A stretch of DNA of 64,000 bases from Coriobacteriaceae bacterium. GTDB taxonomy: Bacteria > Bacillota_I > Bacilli_A > RFN20 > CAG-826. The number at the start of each line of letters is the position of its first letter. The stretch's first letter is position 1. The stretch covers positions 1,084-65,083 of the forward strand of contig CAVDXG010000004.1 in NCBI GenBank assembly GCA_963612925.1, read 5' to 3'. The notes beneath the pieces were generated by a model. The model was not told the DNA's origin, searched no databases, and was given only the letters and a program-made list of their open reading frames with translations. This document shows, piece after piece, positions 36,398 to 49,698 of this stretch. A program made the position numbers and the translations under genes.

Positions 36398-39300
36398 ATG
36401 AGCAATACTTACAAAAATTATCCATTGCTACCAAATGACAGAATTAACTTTTCCAAAATTTCTGGTAACTTGGAACTCCCAAACTTAGTCGAAATCCAAA
36501 CTGATTCCTATCAGTGGTTCCTCGAAAAAGGCATCGATGAAGTAATGCGTGAAGTTTTTCCAATCGCAAACTACACTGAAAATGTCTTTGTCGAATATGT
36601 TTCTAGCGAACTAAAAGAGCCAAAGCATACTTTCTTAGAATGCAAAGCTCATGGCTATACATATAGCTCACAGTTATATGCCAAACTTCGCCTTAGAAAC
36701 GAAGAGACTGGCGAAATCAAAGAACCTGCCACCGTCTTTATGGGCGATGTTCCTTTGATGAGCGCATCCGGCACATTTGTCATCAATGGTGCAGAACGCG
36801 TCATCGTCAGCCAAATCGTTCGTTCGCCAGGCGCTTATTTATCTAAAACACTCGATAAATCAGGCCGTTATGTCTATAACGCCGATTTAATTCCAACTCG
36901 TGGAACCTGGTTAGAATTTGAAACTGATCAAAAGAATATGATCAATGTCCGCATCGACAGACAAAAGAAGATGCCGGCGACAGTTCTACTCAAAGCTATT
37001 GGTTTAGAAGATCCAAAACTTTTAATTAAGTTATTTGGTAATAACGAAATGTTGGAGAATACCATTGAAAAAGATAAAGAAACCGTCAACGCTTTCGATG
37101 CTTTGGTCACCATCTTTAAAAAACTTAAGCCTGGCGAGCCAATCACTCAAGAAGGTGTGGCAACTTTCCTCATTCAAAAATTCTTCGACCATAGACGTTA
37201 CGACGTCGGTCCTGCTGGCCGATTCAAATGTCGTAGCAAACTCGGAATTTATGCCCGTCTTCCTGGCCGTTATATAGCTGAAGATATCGTCAATAATGAT
37301 GGCGAAATTCTCTTTAAAAAAGGCGATTATCTCTCCAAGAGCGATGTCTTAACACTCATGGACAAGGAAGTCTTTGAAAATAGCGAACATCACACAAAAC
37401 ATCTAAAAGCTAATAAAGAATTAATTGAGGCTCTCTATAAGAGCGCTCCAAAAGGCAAGAAAGATAAAGTTTTAAAATCCGAGCTCGACCAAACCTTTGC
37501 TGGAAATGTCAACATGCTCAAAGTTTATGTTGATGATAAAAAAGATAAAGTCGAAAACATCATCGGAACTGATTTAAATCTCACCATTCAATGGATGGGA
37601 TTTAGCGATATCATCGCCTTGTTTAGCTATTTGATGAACATTATGGCGGGATTTGGCGATGTCGATGATATTGATAACCTTGGAAACCGTCGTATTCGAT
37701 GCGTCGGCGAACTTGTGCAAACTCAATTTAGAATCGGTCTATCAAAGATGGTGAAAACCATTCAACAAAAGATGTCGATTTCTGATTTGACTACCACATC
37801 TGTCCAATCGCTTATCATCATCAAACCACTTACTTCTTCAATTCGCGAATTTTTTGCCACCAACCAACTCTCGCAAGTCATGGACCAAGTCAATCCTCTT
37901 TCAGAATTGACCAATAAGCGTCGTATTTCCGCGTTAGGTCCAGGTGGTATTACCCGTGAACGCGCCTCAATGGCTATTCGAGACGTTCACCCAACCCATT
38001 ACGGAAGAATTTGTCCGATTGAAACTCCAGAAGGTCAAAATATTGGTTTGATCAATAACTTAGCAAGTTATGCGAAAGTTAATAAATATGGATTTATCGA
38101 AACTCCATATCGTATTGTTAAAAAAGATAAAAATGGTCTTAAAGTCACCGACGAATATGAATATTTATCCGCGGATATGGAAAAAGACCACTATATCGCT
38201 AGCGATGATGTCCATTTAGAGGATGGTTACATCATCGATAAAGAAGTTGTCGCCCGTCACAATGGTGAAAATATCTTAGTCGATGCCAATTTAATCGATT
38301 ACATGGATGTATCACCTAAACAAGTTGTTTCGGTCGCTTCTGCTTGTATTCCTTTCTTAGAAAATGACGACGCTAAGCGTGCTTTGATGGGCGCGAACAT
38401 GCAACGTCAAGCTTTGCCACTTCTTAGACCAAGCGCTCCATTCGTGGGAACTGGTTTAGAATCAAAAGTCGCCAAGGATAGCGGCCTTGCTATCGTCTCA
38501 GCCGGCGATGGTGAAGTTAGCTATGTCGATAGCCAACGCATACGCGTAAAAGAAGGAAAGAACGTGCGCGAGTACGCGTTACAAAAATTTGAACGCAGCA
38601 ACCAAGGCACATGCATTAACCAAAAAGCCATCGTGAAAGTTGGTGATAAAGTAGTCAAAGGACAAATCATTGCCGATGGTCCTGCTATGGATCATGGCGA
38701 TCTAGCCTTAGGACAAAACGTCACTGTCGCCTTCATGACTTGGGATGGTTATAACTACGAAGATGCGGTCATCATGTCTGAAAGACTTGTAAAAGATGAC
38801 ACCTATACTTCAATTCACATCGAAGAATATGTTGTCGATTGCCGCGACACTAAACTTGGGCCTGAGGAAATCACTCGCGATATTCCTAACATTAAAGAAA
38901 GCAAGAAAGCTTTCCTTGATGAAAGAGGTATTGTCATCGTCGGTACTGAAGTCCACGAAGATGATATCATCGTCGGAAAAGTCACACCTAAAGGTCAAAG
39001 TGAACCAACTCCAGAAGAAAAACTCTTGATGGCTATTTTCGCTGAAAAGACCAAAGACATGAAGGATTCTTCTAAACGCGTCCCTCATGGCGGAGCTGGT
39101 ATTGTTCTTGACGTCAAAGTTTACAGCCGTGAAAATGGCGATGAACTACCACTCGGCGTTAAGAAATCCGTCCACGTCTTCATCGCTCAAAAGAGAAAAA
39201 TCTCCGAAGGAGATAAGATGAGCGGACGTCACGGAAATAAAGGCGTTATTTCTCGCATTCTTCCAGTGGAAGATATGCCGTTCCTCGCGGATGGAACTCC

Positions 39301-40048
39301 AGTTGACATCATGCTCAACCCTCTTGGCGTTCCTTCTCGTATGAACATCGGTCAGATTCTTGAGATGCACTTAGGCCTTGCTTGTAAAAAACTTGGCTTA
39401 AAAGTTGCTACTCCAGTCTTTGATGGCATCTCTAACGAAGAAATCTTTGATTTGATGAAACAAGCCAAAATTGATCCAGATGGTAAGACCACTCTTTACG
39501 ATGGCCGAACCGGTGAAAGATTCGACGAAAGAATTTCCGTCGGTGTGATGTATATGATTAAACTTGTTCACATGGTCGATGATAAACTTCACGCCCGTGC
39601 GACAGGACCATATAGCTTAGTCACTCAACAACCGCTTGGAGGAAAAGCTCAAAACGGTGGTCAAAGATTTGGTGAAATGGAAGTCTGGGCTCTTGAAGCT
39701 TATGGAGCTGCCAACACCTTGCAAGAAATTCTTACCATTAAATCAGATGATCGCGTCGGAAGAAGAAAAGCTTACGAATCGATTATCAAAGGCACGAAAA
39801 TGCCAAAACCAGGCATTCCAGAAGCCTTCAAAGTCCTTGTTAAAGAACTTAAAGGTCTCTGCATGGATGTCAAACTTCTTGATAAAGACAACCACATCAT
39901 CGATACCGATGCCTTAGCGATGGAAGCTCAACAAGAAGAAAGAAAAATTAATTCCGCAATTCGCAATATAACTGGCTCAAGCCACAGCGATGAGGAAATC
40001 GACTTCGCTAACGCCACAGACTACGACGTTGACGAAGATATCAAATAA
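36398..40048 (+). CDS. rpoB: DNA-directed RNA polymerase subunit beta
   Basis: 1216 aa with unmistakable RpoB blocks ([51 protein letters not shown]). Confidence 0.99.
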   Translation: MSNTYKNYPLLPNDRINFSKISGNLELPNLVEIQTDSYQWFLEKGIDEVMREVFPIANYTENVFVEYVSSELKEPKHTFLECKAHGYTYSSQLYAKLRLRNEETGEIKEPATVFMGDVPLMSASGTFVINGAERVIVSQIVRSPGAYLSKTLDKSGRYVYNADLIPTRGTWLEFETDQKNMINVRIDRQKKMPATVLLKAIGLEDPKLLIKLFGNNEMLENTIEKDKETVNAFDALVTIFKKLKPGEPITQEGVATFLIQKFFDHRRYDVGPAGRFKCRSKLGIYARLPGRYIAEDIVNNDGEILFKKGDYLSKSDVLTLMDKEVFENSEHHTKHLKANKELIEALYKSAPKGKKDKVLKSELDQTFAGNVNMLKVYVDDKKDKVENIIGTDLNLTIQWMGFSDIIALFSYLMNIMAGFGDVDDIDNLGNRRIRCVGELVQTQFRIGLSKMVKTIQQKMSISDLTTTSVQSLIIIKPLTSSIREFFATNQLSQVMDQVNPLSELTNKRRISALGPGGITRERASMAIRDVHPTHYGRICPIETPEGQNIGLINNLASYAKVNKYGFIETPYRIVKKDKNGLKVTDEYEYLSADMEKDHYIASDDVHLEDGYIIDKEVVARHNGENILVDANLIDYMDVSPKQVVSVASACIPFLENDDAKRALMGANMQRQALPLLRPSAPFVGTGLESKVAKDSGLAIVSAGDGEVSYVDSQRIRVKEGKNVREYALQKFERSNQGTCINQKAIVKVGDKVVKGQIIADGPAMDHGDLALGQNVTVAFMTWDGYNYEDAVIMSERLVKDDTYTSIHIEEYVVDCRDTKLGPEEITRDIPNIKESKKAFLDERGIVIVGTEVHEDDIIVGKVTPKGQSEPTPEEKLLMAIFAEKTKDMKDSSKRVPHGGAGIVLDVKVYSRENGDELPLGVKKSVHVFIAQKRKISEGDKMSGRHGNKGVISRILPVEDMPFLADGTPVDIMLNPLGVPSRMNIGQILEMHLGLACKKLGLKVATPVFDGISNEEIFDLMKQAKIDPDGKTTLYDGRTGERFDERISVGVMYMIKLVHMVDDKLHARATGPYSLVTQQPLGGKAQNGGQRFGEMEVWALEAYGAANTLQEILTIKSDDRVGRRKAYESIIKGTKMPKPGIPEAFKVLVKELKGLCMDVKLLDKDNHIIDTDALAMEAQQEERKINSAIRNITGSSHSDEEIDFANATDYDVDEDIK

Positions 40049-40063
40049 GGGAGGAAATGAAAA

Positions 40064-43000
40064 ATGTTTGATGTCAAAAATTTAGCTTCAATCAGTGTTG
40101 GACTTGCCTCCCCTGAGCGCATCCGCAGCTGGTCACATGGTGAAATCACCAAAGCCGAAACCATTAACTATCGTTCACAAAAGCCAGAACCTGATGGTTT
40201 ATTTTGTGAAAAGGTTTTCGGTCCTAGCAAAGACTACGAATGCCACTGCGGTAAATACAAAAAGATTAAAGACGCTGGTCGCGTCTGTGAAAAATGCGGA
40301 GTCGAAGTAATCTCGAAAGATGTTCGTCGTGAACGCATGGGTCACATTGAATTGGTTTCACCTTGCACCCACATCTGGTATTTAAAAGGTATTCCTAGCC
40401 GCATCGGTTTAATACTTGATATTCCACCTAAGCAAGTGGAAGAAGTGGTTTATTTCATCTCTCACCTTTGCTTAAATCCTGGAACTTCCAAGGTTTTAAA
40501 ATACCGTCAATTCCTCGATGAGAAAACGGCTCGAGAAATCTTTGTAGCCACTATTCAAGAAATTTTACCTAATATCGATCCAGAAAGTGCTGATTATGAA
40601 AACGCTCAAACATATATTGAAAATTTGAGCAATGAGCACGAAGCGTTCGACTTCTTAACTGTTTCTAAATTCATCAGCAAATATACCGGCGCTGAATTTG
40701 GCGAAGGTGCTGAAGCTATTAAAAGATTATTAAAAGAAGTTGACCTCGATAAAGACTTTGCTGAAGTGAGCGCAGAAGTTGCTAATTCAACTGGTCAAAA
40801 AAGAGCCAAATACATTAAGCGACTTGAAGCAATTAATGCTTTTAGAAATTCAAACAATCGCCCTGAATGGATGGTTCTTGATGTCATTCCAGTGATTCCA
40901 CCTGATCTACGCCCAATGCTTCAACTCGACGGCGGTCGATTTGCCGCGAGCGACTTAAACGATTTGTATCGCCGAGTTATCACTCGTAATGCTCGTCTTA
41001 AAAAGATGATCGATTTAAACGCTCCTAATGTCATTTTGATGAACGGACGAAGAATGCTTCAAGAAGCTGTTGATGCCCTCATCGATAACGGACGAAGAAA
41101 TAAACCTGTTCAAGGCTCTTCTGGAAGAGCTCTTAAATCATTATCATCGAGCTTAAAAGGTAAACAAGGTCGCTTTAGACAAAACCTTCTTGGTAAACGT
41201 GTCGACTATTCCGGCCGAAGCGTCATTGCCGTTGGTCCAGATTTAAAGATGTATCAATGTGGTTTACCTCGTGAAATGGCTATTCAATTATTAAAGCCAT
41301 ACATCATCAATATTTTAATTAATCGTGGCATTGCAACTGCTCATAAAACAGCGGAAGAATGCATTGACCATTATCAGCCAGTTGTCTTCGATATCGTTGA
41401 AGAAATCATTGGCGATCACCCAGTGTTACTTAACCGTGCTCCAACCTTGCACCGCTTAGGTATCCAAGCTTTCCAACCTAAATTAGTGGAAGGACGTGCT
41501 ATTCGACTTCATCCTCTTGTCTGCGCTGGATTTAACGCTGACTTCGATGGCGACCAAATGGCGGTCCATCTACCTCTATCAAAAGCTGCTCAACAAGAAG
41601 CTCTTGAATTGATGTTAGCTAGCAACAATATTCTCGGTCCTAAAGATGGAAAACCAATCGTTACTCCATCTCAGGACATGGTGCTTGGTAACTATTACCT
41701 CACATTAGAAGAGACTAAAGAGAATCTTCTCGCTCGAGCTGGAAGAAGAAAAGCGAAAGGTGATTTAGAAGAATACGAACTATTTACCATTTATGGTAAT
41801 GCCGAAGGTAAAGTTTACCGCAGCATTGATGAGGTCATCATGGCTTATCAAACTAAGCAAGCTCACCTTCACACTCGTATCGCTATCCGTGGTTCAAGTC
41901 TAAATAAGACTGGTTTCACTGAAAAGATGAATCATTCCTATTTATTAACCACCGTTGGAAAAGTGATTTTTAACCTCATTTTCCCAGCTGATTTCCCATA
42001 TCTAAATAGTCCTGATAAGAGAAATCTCAAAGCTGACTTAGATGAATTCTTTGTTCCATTTGGTAGCAACATTAAAGAAGAAATCGCTAAACGCGAAGTC
42101 ATCGCTCCATTTAAGAAAAAAGATTTAGCCAATATCATCGATGAAATCTATCATCGTTATGGCACATCTAAGACCAGTGCGGTTCTTGATAAGATGAAAG
42201 ACCAAGGATTTAAATATTCCACCTGTGCCGGATTTACTATCTCATTTACCGATGTCCCAATTCTTAAAAACAAAGAAGAAATCATCGCCAAAGGTGATAA
42301 AGAAGTCGCAGTGTTGAATAAACTTTATAACAAAGGTTTACTCACCGAAGAAGAACACCATAAAGAAGTTTGCGATGTTTGGAACAATGTCAAAGGTGAA
42401 ATCACTAATAAATTGTCTGCTCAATTTGAGCAAGATAAACGAAACCCAATCTTCATGATGCAAGATAGCGGTGCTCGTGGTTCAATTGGTAACTTAACTC
42501 AATTATCCGGCATCAGAGGTTTGATGCAGAGCCCGAAAGGCGAAACCATCGAACTTCCTATTAAGTCTTGCTTTAGAGAAGGTATGACAGTTGGTGAATA
42601 CTTCATCGGTACTCACGGTGCCCGTAAGGGTGGCGCGGATACTGCCTTAAAGACAGCTGACTCTGGCTATTTGACTCGTCGACTTGTCGACGTCAGCCAA
42701 GATGTCATCGTTAGAGAAGAAGATTGCCACACTGACCACGGCTTTAAAGTCTCAGCAATTGTTGACCATGTCAAAAACATCATCATTGTGCCTTTATATG
42801 ACCGATTAGTTGGCCGTTTCTCACTACATGATATTGTCAATCCTTCAACAGGTGAGGTCATTGTAGCTAGTAACACAATGATCGATGAACTCAAAGCTAA
42901 AGAAATCGAAGCTGCCGGCATTAAAGAGGTTGAAATCCGTTCCTTATTTGGCTGCGAAACCAAAAATGGTGTCTGCGTGCACTGCTATGGTCGTAACCTC

Positions 43001-43921
43001 GCAACTGGCAAAGTCGTCTCTTTAGGCGAAGCAGTTGGTATTATGGCTGCTCAATCAATTGGTGAACCTGGTACACAGTTAACGATGAGAACCTTCAACA
43101 CTGGCGGTGTTGCTGGAAGCGATATTACTTCTGGTTTACCTCGTGTCCAAGAACTTGTCGAAGCTCGTAATCCTAAAGGCGAAGCTTTAATCAGTGAAAT
43201 TGCTGGTAAAGTAACCAAGATTGAAGAAAATAATGGCAAATACACCTTCACAGTTACTAACGATCTAGAAGAAAAAGAATTCGTCTCCGCTTTCGGAGCT
43301 CATGCTTGTGTTAAAGTTGGCGATGAAGTCAAAAGCGGTGAAAAGCTCACAATTGGAGCCATCGCACCTAAGAAACTTCTTGAAGTTTCCACCATTGTGG
43401 ATGTGGAAAACTACATGCTTAAAGAAATTCAAAAGGTGTATCGTGAACAATCCATCTCCATTTCTGATAAGCACCTTGAAGTTATCATTCGACAAATGCT
43501 TAAGAAAATCCTTGTCATCGATAATGGCGACACCGATTTAATCCCAGGCACACGCATCGACATCGATGAATTCAGTAAGAAAAACGAAGATGCTTTAATT
43601 GAAGGCAAGCGTCCTGCTACCGGTAAGATTTTGATTCTCGGAATCACTAAAGCGGCTTTGGAAACTAAATCATTCCTCTCCGCGGCTAGCTTCCAAGAAA
43701 CAACTCGTGTTCTCACCGATGCTTCCATTAAAGCGAAAAACGATCCACTTCATGGCTTAAAAGAAAACGTCATCACTGGTAAACTCATCCCAGCTGGCGA
43801 AGGTCTATTAAGCGAAGAAGAAGCTACTGAACATCTCAAAGACTTCTCAGTTGCTGAAAAGATGAAAGAAGTGAAGCAACAATATATTGAAGCTCACGAT
43901 CGTCCTGACGAAACTGAATAA
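40064..43921 (+). CDS. rpoC: DNA-directed RNA polymerase subunit beta'
   Basis: 1285 aa with the Zn finger CHCGKYK...CEKCGVEV and the catalytic [12 protein letters not shown]. Confidence 0.99.
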   Translation: MFDVKNLASISVGLASPERIRSWSHGEITKAETINYRSQKPEPDGLFCEKVFGPSKDYECHCGKYKKIKDAGRVCEKCGVEVISKDVRRERMGHIELVSPCTHIWYLKGIPSRIGLILDIPPKQVEEVVYFISHLCLNPGTSKVLKYRQFLDEKTAREIFVATIQEILPNIDPESADYENAQTYIENLSNEHEAFDFLTVSKFISKYTGAEFGEGAEAIKRLLKEVDLDKDFAEVSAEVANSTGQKRAKYIKRLEAINAFRNSNNRPEWMVLDVIPVIPPDLRPMLQLDGGRFAASDLNDLYRRVITRNARLKKMIDLNAPNVILMNGRRMLQEAVDALIDNGRRNKPVQGSSGRALKSLSSSLKGKQGRFRQNLLGKRVDYSGRSVIAVGPDLKMYQCGLPREMAIQLLKPYIINILINRGIATAHKTAEECIDHYQPVVFDIVEEIIGDHPVLLNRAPTLHRLGIQAFQPKLVEGRAIRLHPLVCAGFNADFDGDQMAVHLPLSKAAQQEALELMLASNNILGPKDGKPIVTPSQDMVLGNYYLTLEETKENLLARAGRRKAKGDLEEYELFTIYGNAEGKVYRSIDEVIMAYQTKQAHLHTRIAIRGSSLNKTGFTEKMNHSYLLTTVGKVIFNLIFPADFPYLNSPDKRNLKADLDEFFVPFGSNIKEEIAKREVIAPFKKKDLANIIDEIYHRYGTSKTSAVLDKMKDQGFKYSTCAGFTISFTDVPILKNKEEIIAKGDKEVAVLNKLYNKGLLTEEEHHKEVCDVWNNVKGEITNKLSAQFEQDKRNPIFMMQDSGARGSIGNLTQLSGIRGLMQSPKGETIELPIKSCFREGMTVGEYFIGTHGARKGGADTALKTADSGYLTRRLVDVSQDVIVREEDCHTDHGFKVSAIVDHVKNIIIVPLYDRLVGRFSLHDIVNPSTGEVIVASNTMIDELKAKEIEAAGIKEVEIRSLFGCETKNGVCVHCYGRNLATGKVVSLGEAVGIMAAQSIGEPGTQLTMRTFNTGGVAGSDITSGLPRVQELVEARNPKGEALISEIAGKVTKIEENNGKYTFTVTNDLEEKEFVSAFGAHACVKVGDEVKSGEKLTIGAIAPKKLLEVSTIVDVENYMLKEIQKVYREQSISISDKHLEVIIRQMLKKILVIDNGDTDLIPGTRIDIDEFSKKNEDALIEGKRPATGKILILGITKAALETKSFLSAASFQETTRVLTDASIKAKNDPLHGLKENVITGKLIPAGEGLLSEEEATEHLKDFSVAEKMKEVKQQYIEAHDRPDETE

Positions 43922-43941
43922 GAGTTAGATCTACATTATTA

Positions 43942-43968
43942 AGTGTCATCTTCGGATGGCACTTTTTA
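43942..43968 (+). terminator. Rho-independent terminator after rpoC
   Basis: GTGTCATC, loop TTCG, GATGGCAC, then TTTTT. Confidence 0.85.
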
Positions 43969-44043
43969 AATACAAAATATCGTTAAAATCGAATGAAAAT
44001 AGATGTTAAGCAAATTGTGCGAAAAAATATCTAAAAAAAGAAT

Positions 44044-44071
44044 TTGACTAGTAAAAAAAGATAATTATAAT
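44044..44071 (+). promoter_or_regulatory. Predicted promoter of the rpsL-rpsG-fusA(-tuf) operon (TTGACT, 16 nt, TATAAT)
   Basis: -35 at 44044-44049 and -10 at 44066-44071. It is followed by an approximately 100-nt leader with two hairpins. Confidence 0.6.
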
Positions 44072-44174
44072 TATCAACATAACGCATGGCCCTACGGGTC
44101 TTATTATTTACGGATAATAAAGACACACCGGGAAATGTGTGCATAAGATAGTTAGATTGAAAGGAGGACAATCA

Positions 44175-44594
44175 ATGCCAACTATTAACCAATTAGTTAA
44201 AAATGGTCGTTCCCGCGCAGAAAAGAAATCGAAGACACCTGCTCTTGGTAAAAGATGGAATTCACTTAAGAGCCGTGAAACTAATCAACCTTCTGCTCAG
44301 AAAAGAGGAGTTTGCACTCGTGTCGGTACCATGACACCTAAAAAACCTAACTCTGCTTTAAGAAAATACGCTCGTGTTCGTCTATCAAATGGATACGAAG
44401 TTACGGCCTATATCGGCGGTGAAGGACACAACCTACAAGAACACTCCACAGTTATCATTCGTGGAGGCCGTGTTAAAGACTTGCCAGGTGTTCGTTATCA
44501 CATCGTCCGCGGCACGCTTGACTGCGCTGGTATTGAAGCTCGTCGTCAAGGTCGAAGCCAATACGGTACAAAAAAACCAAAAAAAGCTAGTTAA
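44175..44594 (+). CDS. rpsL: 30S ribosomal protein S12
   Basis: 139 aa starting [12 protein letters not shown] after GAAAGGAGG. The track start at 44139 is an upstream extension. Confidence 0.98.
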   Translation: MPTINQLVKNGRSRAEKKSKTPALGKRWNSLKSRETNQPSAQKRGVCTRVGTMTPKKPNSALRKYARVRLSNGYEVTAYIGGEGHNLQEHSTVIIRGGRVKDLPGVRYHIVRGTLDCAGIEARRQGRSQYGTKKPKKAS

Positions 44595-44618
44595 TAAATT
44601 TAGAAAGGAGAAAATAAT

Positions 44619-45089
44619 ATGCCACGTAAAGGAAGTGTTGCTAAACGTGAAGTCTTACCAGACCCAATATATAATTCCAAATTGGTCACACGTTTAATCA
44701 ATCGCATTATGCTCGATGGTAAAAGAGGTACCGCTCAAACCATTCTCTACAATGCCTTTAAGATTATTGAAAAGACAACTGGCAAACCTGCTATGGATGT
44801 CTTTGCAACCGCGATTAAAAATATAATGCCTGAAGTCGAACTAAAAGTTCGTCGTATCGGCGCGGCTAACTATCAAGTACCTGTTGAAGTTAGCGATGAA
44901 AGAAAAGTTACCCTCGGCTTAAGATGGTTAGTCACTTATTCAAGACTAAGAAACGAAAAGTCGATGGAAGAAAAATTAGCACATGAAATTATCGATGCTG
45001 CTAATGGAACAGGTGCATCTGTTAAGAAAAGAGAGGATACGCACAAGATGGCAGAAGCCAACAAAGCGTATGCTCATTATCGCTGGTAA
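44619..45089 (+). CDS. rpsG: 30S ribosomal protein S7
   Basis: 156 aa starting [28 protein letters not shown]. Confidence 0.98.
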   Translation: MPRKGSVAKREVLPDPIYNSKLVTRLINRIMLDGKRGTAQTILYNAFKIIEKTTGKPAMDVFATAIKNIMPEVELKVRRIGAANYQVPVEVSDERKVTLGLRWLVTYSRLRNEKSMEEKLAHEIIDAANGTGASVKKREDTHKMAEANKAYAHYRW

Positions 45090-45101
45090 GAGGACTGATT
45101 T

Positions 45102-47180
45102 ATGTCTCGTGAATATGATTTAGCCCATACCAGAAATATCGGTATCATGGCTCACATCGATGCTGGTAAAACTACAACGACTGAAAGAATTCTTTATTTC
45201 ACCGGAAAGATTCATAAAATCGGGGAAGTCCACGAAGGGGCGGCCACGATGGACTGGATGGCGCAGGAACAAGAGAGAGGTATTACAATTACCTCCGCTG
45301 CGACAACTGCTTTCTGGAAACATAATCGAATTAACATCATCGACACTCCGGGGCACGTCGACTTCACTGTGGAAGTTGAGCGTTCACTCCGCGTTCTTGA
45401 TGGTGCTGTCACCGTTCTAGATGGTAAAAACGGGGTCGAGCCACAAACCGAAACCGTTTGGAGACAAGGCACAAAATATGGTGTTCCTCGTATCGTTTTT
45501 GTCAATAAACTCGATGCAATCGGCGCCGACTTTGATATGTGCGTTGCTTCCTTACATGAACGCTTAGCCGCGAATGCGGAAGCTGTTCAATATCCGATTG
45601 GCACTGAGAGCAATTTCATCGGTGTCATCGATATCATCGAAAAAAAAGCTTGGATGTATCATACCGATAAGGATGAGGCTCCAACTGAAGCTGCTATTCC
45701 AGAAGAATACAAAGACAAAGTTGAAACACTTCGTCAAAAACTTCTCGAAGCTCTTGCTGCCTTCGATGATGATCTAATGATGCTTGTTCTTGATGGACAA
45801 GATGTCCCAATTGAGATGATTAAAAGTACCATTAGAAAAGCTGTTCTAACTGGCGAATTCTTCCCAGTCTTCTGCGGTTCCGCTTATAAAAATAAAGGTA
45901 TCCAGTTGCTACTTGATGGCGTCGTTGACTATCTACCTAGCCCACTTGATATCCCAGCTGCAGTTGGCGAAGATGAACTCGGCAACAAAGTCGCTTGCAT
46001 TCCTGATGACAATGAGCCTCTTAGAGCTCTTGCCTTCAAGATTGCGACTGACCCATTCATTGGTCGTCTTGCTTATGTTAGAGTTTACTCTGGCACGCTT
46101 AAATCCGGTTCTTATGTCCTTAACTCCACCAAAGGTGCGAAGGAAAGAATCGCTCGTGTCGTCTTGATGCACTCTAACCATCGTCAAGAAGTTGATGCTC
46201 TTCACGCTGGTGATATCGGCGCAGTTGTCGGATTGAAAAATACCACAACCGGCGATACTCTCTGCGATGAAAATAGTCCATTGATTCTTGAGAAGATGGA
46301 ATTCCCTGAACCTGTTATTGAAGAAGCGGTGGAACCAAAATCCAAAGCTGATCAAGAGAAGATGGGAATTGCTCTACAAAAATTAGCGGAAGAAGACCCA
46401 ACCTTTAAAGTTCACACCAACGTTGAAACTGGACAGACAATCATCGCTGGTGTTGGCGAACTTCACCTCGATATCATCGTTGATCGTATGAGAAGAGAAT
46501 TCGGCGTCCAAGTCAATGTCGGTACTCCACAAGTTGGGTATCGTGAAACCATTCGTCAAAGCGCTGAATGTGAAGGCAAATACATCAAACAATCCGGTGG
46601 CCGTGGACAATATGGTCACGTCTGGATTCGCTTTGAACCAAACCCAGGCAAAGGCTTTGAATTCGTCGATGCAGTTGTCGGAGGAAGCGTTCCTAGAGAA
46701 TACATTCGCCCAACTGAAGATGGACTTGAAGATGCCTTGAATAGAGGATTGATCGCTGGTTATCCAGCAATCGATATCAAAGCGACCCTCTTCGATGGTT
46801 CAAGCCACGATGTTGATAGCTCGGAAGCTGCTTATAAGATTGCAGCTAGCATGGCTTTAAAAGAAGCCGCCAAGAAGTGCAATCCAGTAATTCTTGAGCC
46901 TATCATGAAAATCGAAGTCACCGTTCCTGAACAATATTATGGTGATGTCATCGGAGATATTTCTCGAAGAAGAGGTAATATGACCGGCGAATCACAAAGA
47001 GGAAACGCTAAAATCGTTGAAGCGGAAGTACCTCTTGCCGAAATGTTTGGTTACGTCACTGACTTAAGAAGCTTCACCCAAGGTCGAGGCAACTACACAA
47101 TGCAGTTCGATCATTATGGTGAATGTCCTCGCTTTGTCCAAGATGAAATTATCAAAAAATCTGGAATGAGCAATCGATAA
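45102..47180 (+). CDS. fusA: Elongation factor G
   Basis: 692 aa with the G domain [23 protein letters not shown] and NKLD. Confidence 0.99.
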   Translation: MSREYDLAHTRNIGIMAHIDAGKTTTTERILYFTGKIHKIGEVHEGAATMDWMAQEQERGITITSAATTAFWKHNRINIIDTPGHVDFTVEVERSLRVLDGAVTVLDGKNGVEPQTETVWRQGTKYGVPRIVFVNKLDAIGADFDMCVASLHERLAANAEAVQYPIGTESNFIGVIDIIEKKAWMYHTDKDEAPTEAAIPEEYKDKVETLRQKLLEALAAFDDDLMMLVLDGQDVPIEMIKSTIRKAVLTGEFFPVFCGSAYKNKGIQLLLDGVVDYLPSPLDIPAAVGEDELGNKVACIPDDNEPLRALAFKIATDPFIGRLAYVRVYSGTLKSGSYVLNSTKGAKERIARVVLMHSNHRQEVDALHAGDIGAVVGLKNTTTGDTLCDENSPLILEKMEFPEPVIEEAVEPKSKADQEKMGIALQKLAEEDPTFKVHTNVETGQTIIAGVGELHLDIIVDRMRREFGVQVNVGTPQVGYRETIRQSAECEGKYIKQSGGRGQYGHVWIRFEPNPGKGFEFVDAVVGGSVPREYIRPTEDGLEDALNRGLIAGYPAIDIKATLFDGSSHDVDSSEAAYKIAASMALKEAAKKCNPVILEPIMKIEVTVPEQYYGDVIGDISRRRGNMTGESQRGNAKIVEAEVPLAEMFGYVTDLRSFTQGRGNYTMQFDHYGECPRFVQDEIIKKSGMSNR

Positions 47181-47277
47181 TTTTATCTAAACACTATTGT
47201 GTTGATTTTACAAAAAACTTGCTATATTATGATTTCGTTGAATTAAAACACGAAACAAACAAGGAGGAAATTCAATT

Positions 47278-48456
47278 ATGGCAAAAGCAAAATTCGATAG
47301 AAGCAAACCACACTTAAATATTGGTACTATCGGTCACGTTGACCATGGTAAAACCACTTTAACTGCTGCTATCACAAAATACCTTGCTAAACAAGGTGGA
47401 GCTGTGGCTACTGCATACGATCAAATCGATGCTGCTCCTGAAGAAAAAGCCCGTGGTATCACAATCAATACCGCACACATTGAATACCAAACAGCCAATC
47501 GTCACTATGCTCACGTTGACTGCCCGGGACACGCTGACTATGTTAAAAACATGATCACCGGTGCTGCCCAAATGGATGGTGCAATTCTTGTTGTCGCGGC
47601 TACTGATGGTGTTATGCCACAAACCCGTGAACACATCTTACTTGCCCGTCAAGTCGGTGTTCCTTACATTGTTGTGTTCTTAAATAAATGCGACTTAGTC
47701 GATGATCCTGAATTAATCGACATCGTTGAAATGGAAGTCCGTGAACTTCTCACTAGCTATGGTTATCCAGGCGATGATGTTCCAGTTATCCGCGGTTCAG
47801 CTAAAGTTGCTCTTGATGGCGGTGATGACACCTGCATCAAAGAACTCATGGACGCTGTCGATGCTTACATCCCACTTCCTACTCACGATAAAGACAAACC
47901 ATTCCTTCTCCCTATTGAAGATGTTCTCACCATCACTGGTCGAGGAACCGTCGTCACTGGTAGAGTTGAACGTGGTATTGTCAAACTCAACGACGAAGTT
48001 GAAATCGTTGGTATTCGTCCAACTCAAAAATCCGTCGTCACTGGTCTAGAAATGTTCAGAAAACTTCTTGACTTCGCCGAACCTGGAGATAACGTTGGTG
48101 TTCTTCTCCGTGGTATCAACCGCGATCAAGTCGTCCGTGGACAAGTTCTTGCCAAACCAGGATCAATCACTCCTCATACCAAATTCACTGCTTCAGTTTA
48201 CGTTTTGAAGAAAGAAGAAGGTGGACGTCACACTGCTTTCTTAAGCAACTATCGTCCTCAATTCTACTTCAACACAACTGATATTACCGGTGTCATCACC
48301 CTTCCTAGCGGTGTTGAAATGGTTATGCCAGGTGATAACGTTGAGCTCACTGTTGAACTCATTCACCCAGTTGCTATTGAAAAAGGAACCAAATTCTCCA
48401 TCCGTGAAGGTGGACGTACAGTTGGCTCTGGTTCAGTCACTGAAATCCTTAAATAA
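47278..48456 (+). CDS. tuf: Elongation factor Tu
   Basis: 392 aa with [18 protein letters not shown] and NKCD. AAGGAGG SD. Confidence 0.99.
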   Translation: MAKAKFDRSKPHLNIGTIGHVDHGKTTLTAAITKYLAKQGGAVATAYDQIDAAPEEKARGITINTAHIEYQTANRHYAHVDCPGHADYVKNMITGAAQMDGAILVVAATDGVMPQTREHILLARQVGVPYIVVFLNKCDLVDDPELIDIVEMEVRELLTSYGYPGDDVPVIRGSAKVALDGGDDTCIKELMDAVDAYIPLPTHDKDKPFLLPIEDVLTITGRGTVVTGRVERGIVKLNDEVEIVGIRPTQKSVVTGLEMFRKLLDFAEPGDNVGVLLRGINRDQVVRGQVLAKPGSITPHTKFTASVYVLKKEEGGRHTAFLSNYRPQFYFNTTDITGVITLPSGVEMVMPGDNVELTVELIHPVAIEKGTKFSIREGGRTVGSGSVTEILK

Positions 48457-48470
48457 GGAAAAAAATCTAT

Positions 48471-48496
48471 AAGGTCACTTCGGTGGCCTTTTTTCT
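48471..48496 (+). terminator. Rho-independent terminator after tuf
   Basis: AAGGTCAC, loop TTCG, GTGGCCTT, then TTTTCTT. Confidence 0.85.
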
Positions 48497-48543
48497 TCGA
48501 TTTAATTTGCATTTAGTCGAATTTTAAAGACAATTATATATAC

Positions 48544-49698
48544 ATGAAAAAACAAACATTGCCCCAGCATACATTACTCGCTTCACAAGGCCCTCGAATT
48601 GGAGCTTTTGTAATCGATGCCGCGATAACATTGGCGCTTTTCATGGTCTTCTTTTTCGGTTGCTTTAATCTCATCTTTAACAGCACGATTAATTACTACG
48701 ATCAAAAACTGCACACTTTTGAAGTTAATTCTCATCTTGTTTATGAGGATGAAAAAGGAGTGACTCAAATCTATAATTCAACTGAGGATTATAAAGTCTA
48801 TGAAACTCCGATGACATATTATTTTTTCTCCTATTTAACTGGGGAAAACATCATAGTTCCAGAAGGCGGAGACACATCTAATATCTATTTATATGCTGCG
48901 CCTAATTATAATGAAGAATTAACTCTTGATGATGGCTTAAAAGTTTTACCAAAAGATTATTATTCAATTGAATGGTATAACAAAAATATTTTAGAGATTA
49001 ATGATGAAAATCTCGATGAAGAAAAGTCGACGGCATTATTTACTTATTATAAAGATGAAAATGGCGAATTCGATAAGAGTAAACTTGGGGTGCCAAAAAG
49101 CAAATATTACAATACGAGCACCGAAAAGGTCGAAGAGGTTACTAAAACTGATTTAGCCAAGTTTTACACCAATAAATATATTGAAGCGTATAAACATTTT
49201 AAAGCTCAATCTTTCTATCAAAGCTATGAACTTCCACGCAACTTCTATAATGGCTTAAGTGCAACACTAGCTATAAATGTCGCTGGAATGGTGAACTATA
49301 TTCTTTTCCCTTGTCTATTTAAAGGCGGAGCCACCCTTGGCAAGAAATTCTTTAAATTAGGCTTAGCTAATTTTGAAGGTTACGCGGTTAAAAAATATCA
49401 GATTCCGCTTCGGTTTATTCCTTATTTTATTACTTCACTTGCGGTGATGTTTTTATCCACAAATTATGTAATCATGGTTTTAATTCCGATTATTGTCTTA
49501 TTGTCTTCCTTTGGCTTAATGATGGCTTCGCCGAAGAAAAGTGCTATTCACGATTATCTAGCTAGAACTATCGTCATCGATAATAAGTCATCAATTATCT
49601 TTTCGGATGTAATTGAAGAAGAAAAATATTTAGTTAATGAAGAAGAAGAGGAGATCATTCATGGCGGAGAAGAGCCTGAACTTAGATACGAAAAGTGA
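48544..49698 (+). CDS. RDD-family membrane protein with a large extracytoplasmic insertion (paralog 1)
   Basis: 384 aa. The RDD signature is split: an N-terminal PRIGAFVIDAAITLALF TM, about 200 aa of hydrophilic Y/N/E-rich region, C-terminal TMs and HDYLARTIVID. Confidence 0.75.
   Translation: MKKQTLPQHTLLASQGPRIGAFVIDAAITLALFMVFFFGCFNLIFNSTINYYDQKLHTFEVNSHLVYEDEKGVTQIYNSTEDYKVYETPMTYYFFSYLTGENIIVPEGGDTSNIYLYAAPNYNEELTLDDGLKVLPKDYYSIEWYNKNILEINDENLDEEKSTALFTYYKDENGEFDKSKLGVPKSKYYNTSTEKVEEVTKTDLAKFYTNKYIEAYKHFKAQSFYQSYELPRNFYNGLSATLAINVAGMVNYILFPCLFKGGATLGKKFFKLGLANFEGYAVKKYQIPLRFIPYFITSLAVMFLSTNYVIMVLIPIIVLLSSFGLMMASPKKSAIHDYLARTIVIDNKSSIIFSDVIEEEKYLVNEEEEEIIHGGEEPELRYEK

Noticed and set aside
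36928-47634. Many antisense or out-of-frame ORFs of 60-140 aa lie inside rpoB, rpoC, fusA and tuf (for example 38810-39088, 42667-42963, 45933-46355 and 47359-47634).
   Set aside because: They are fully embedded in highly conserved genes, have no SD and show low-complexity or odd composition. They are typical shadow ORFs.
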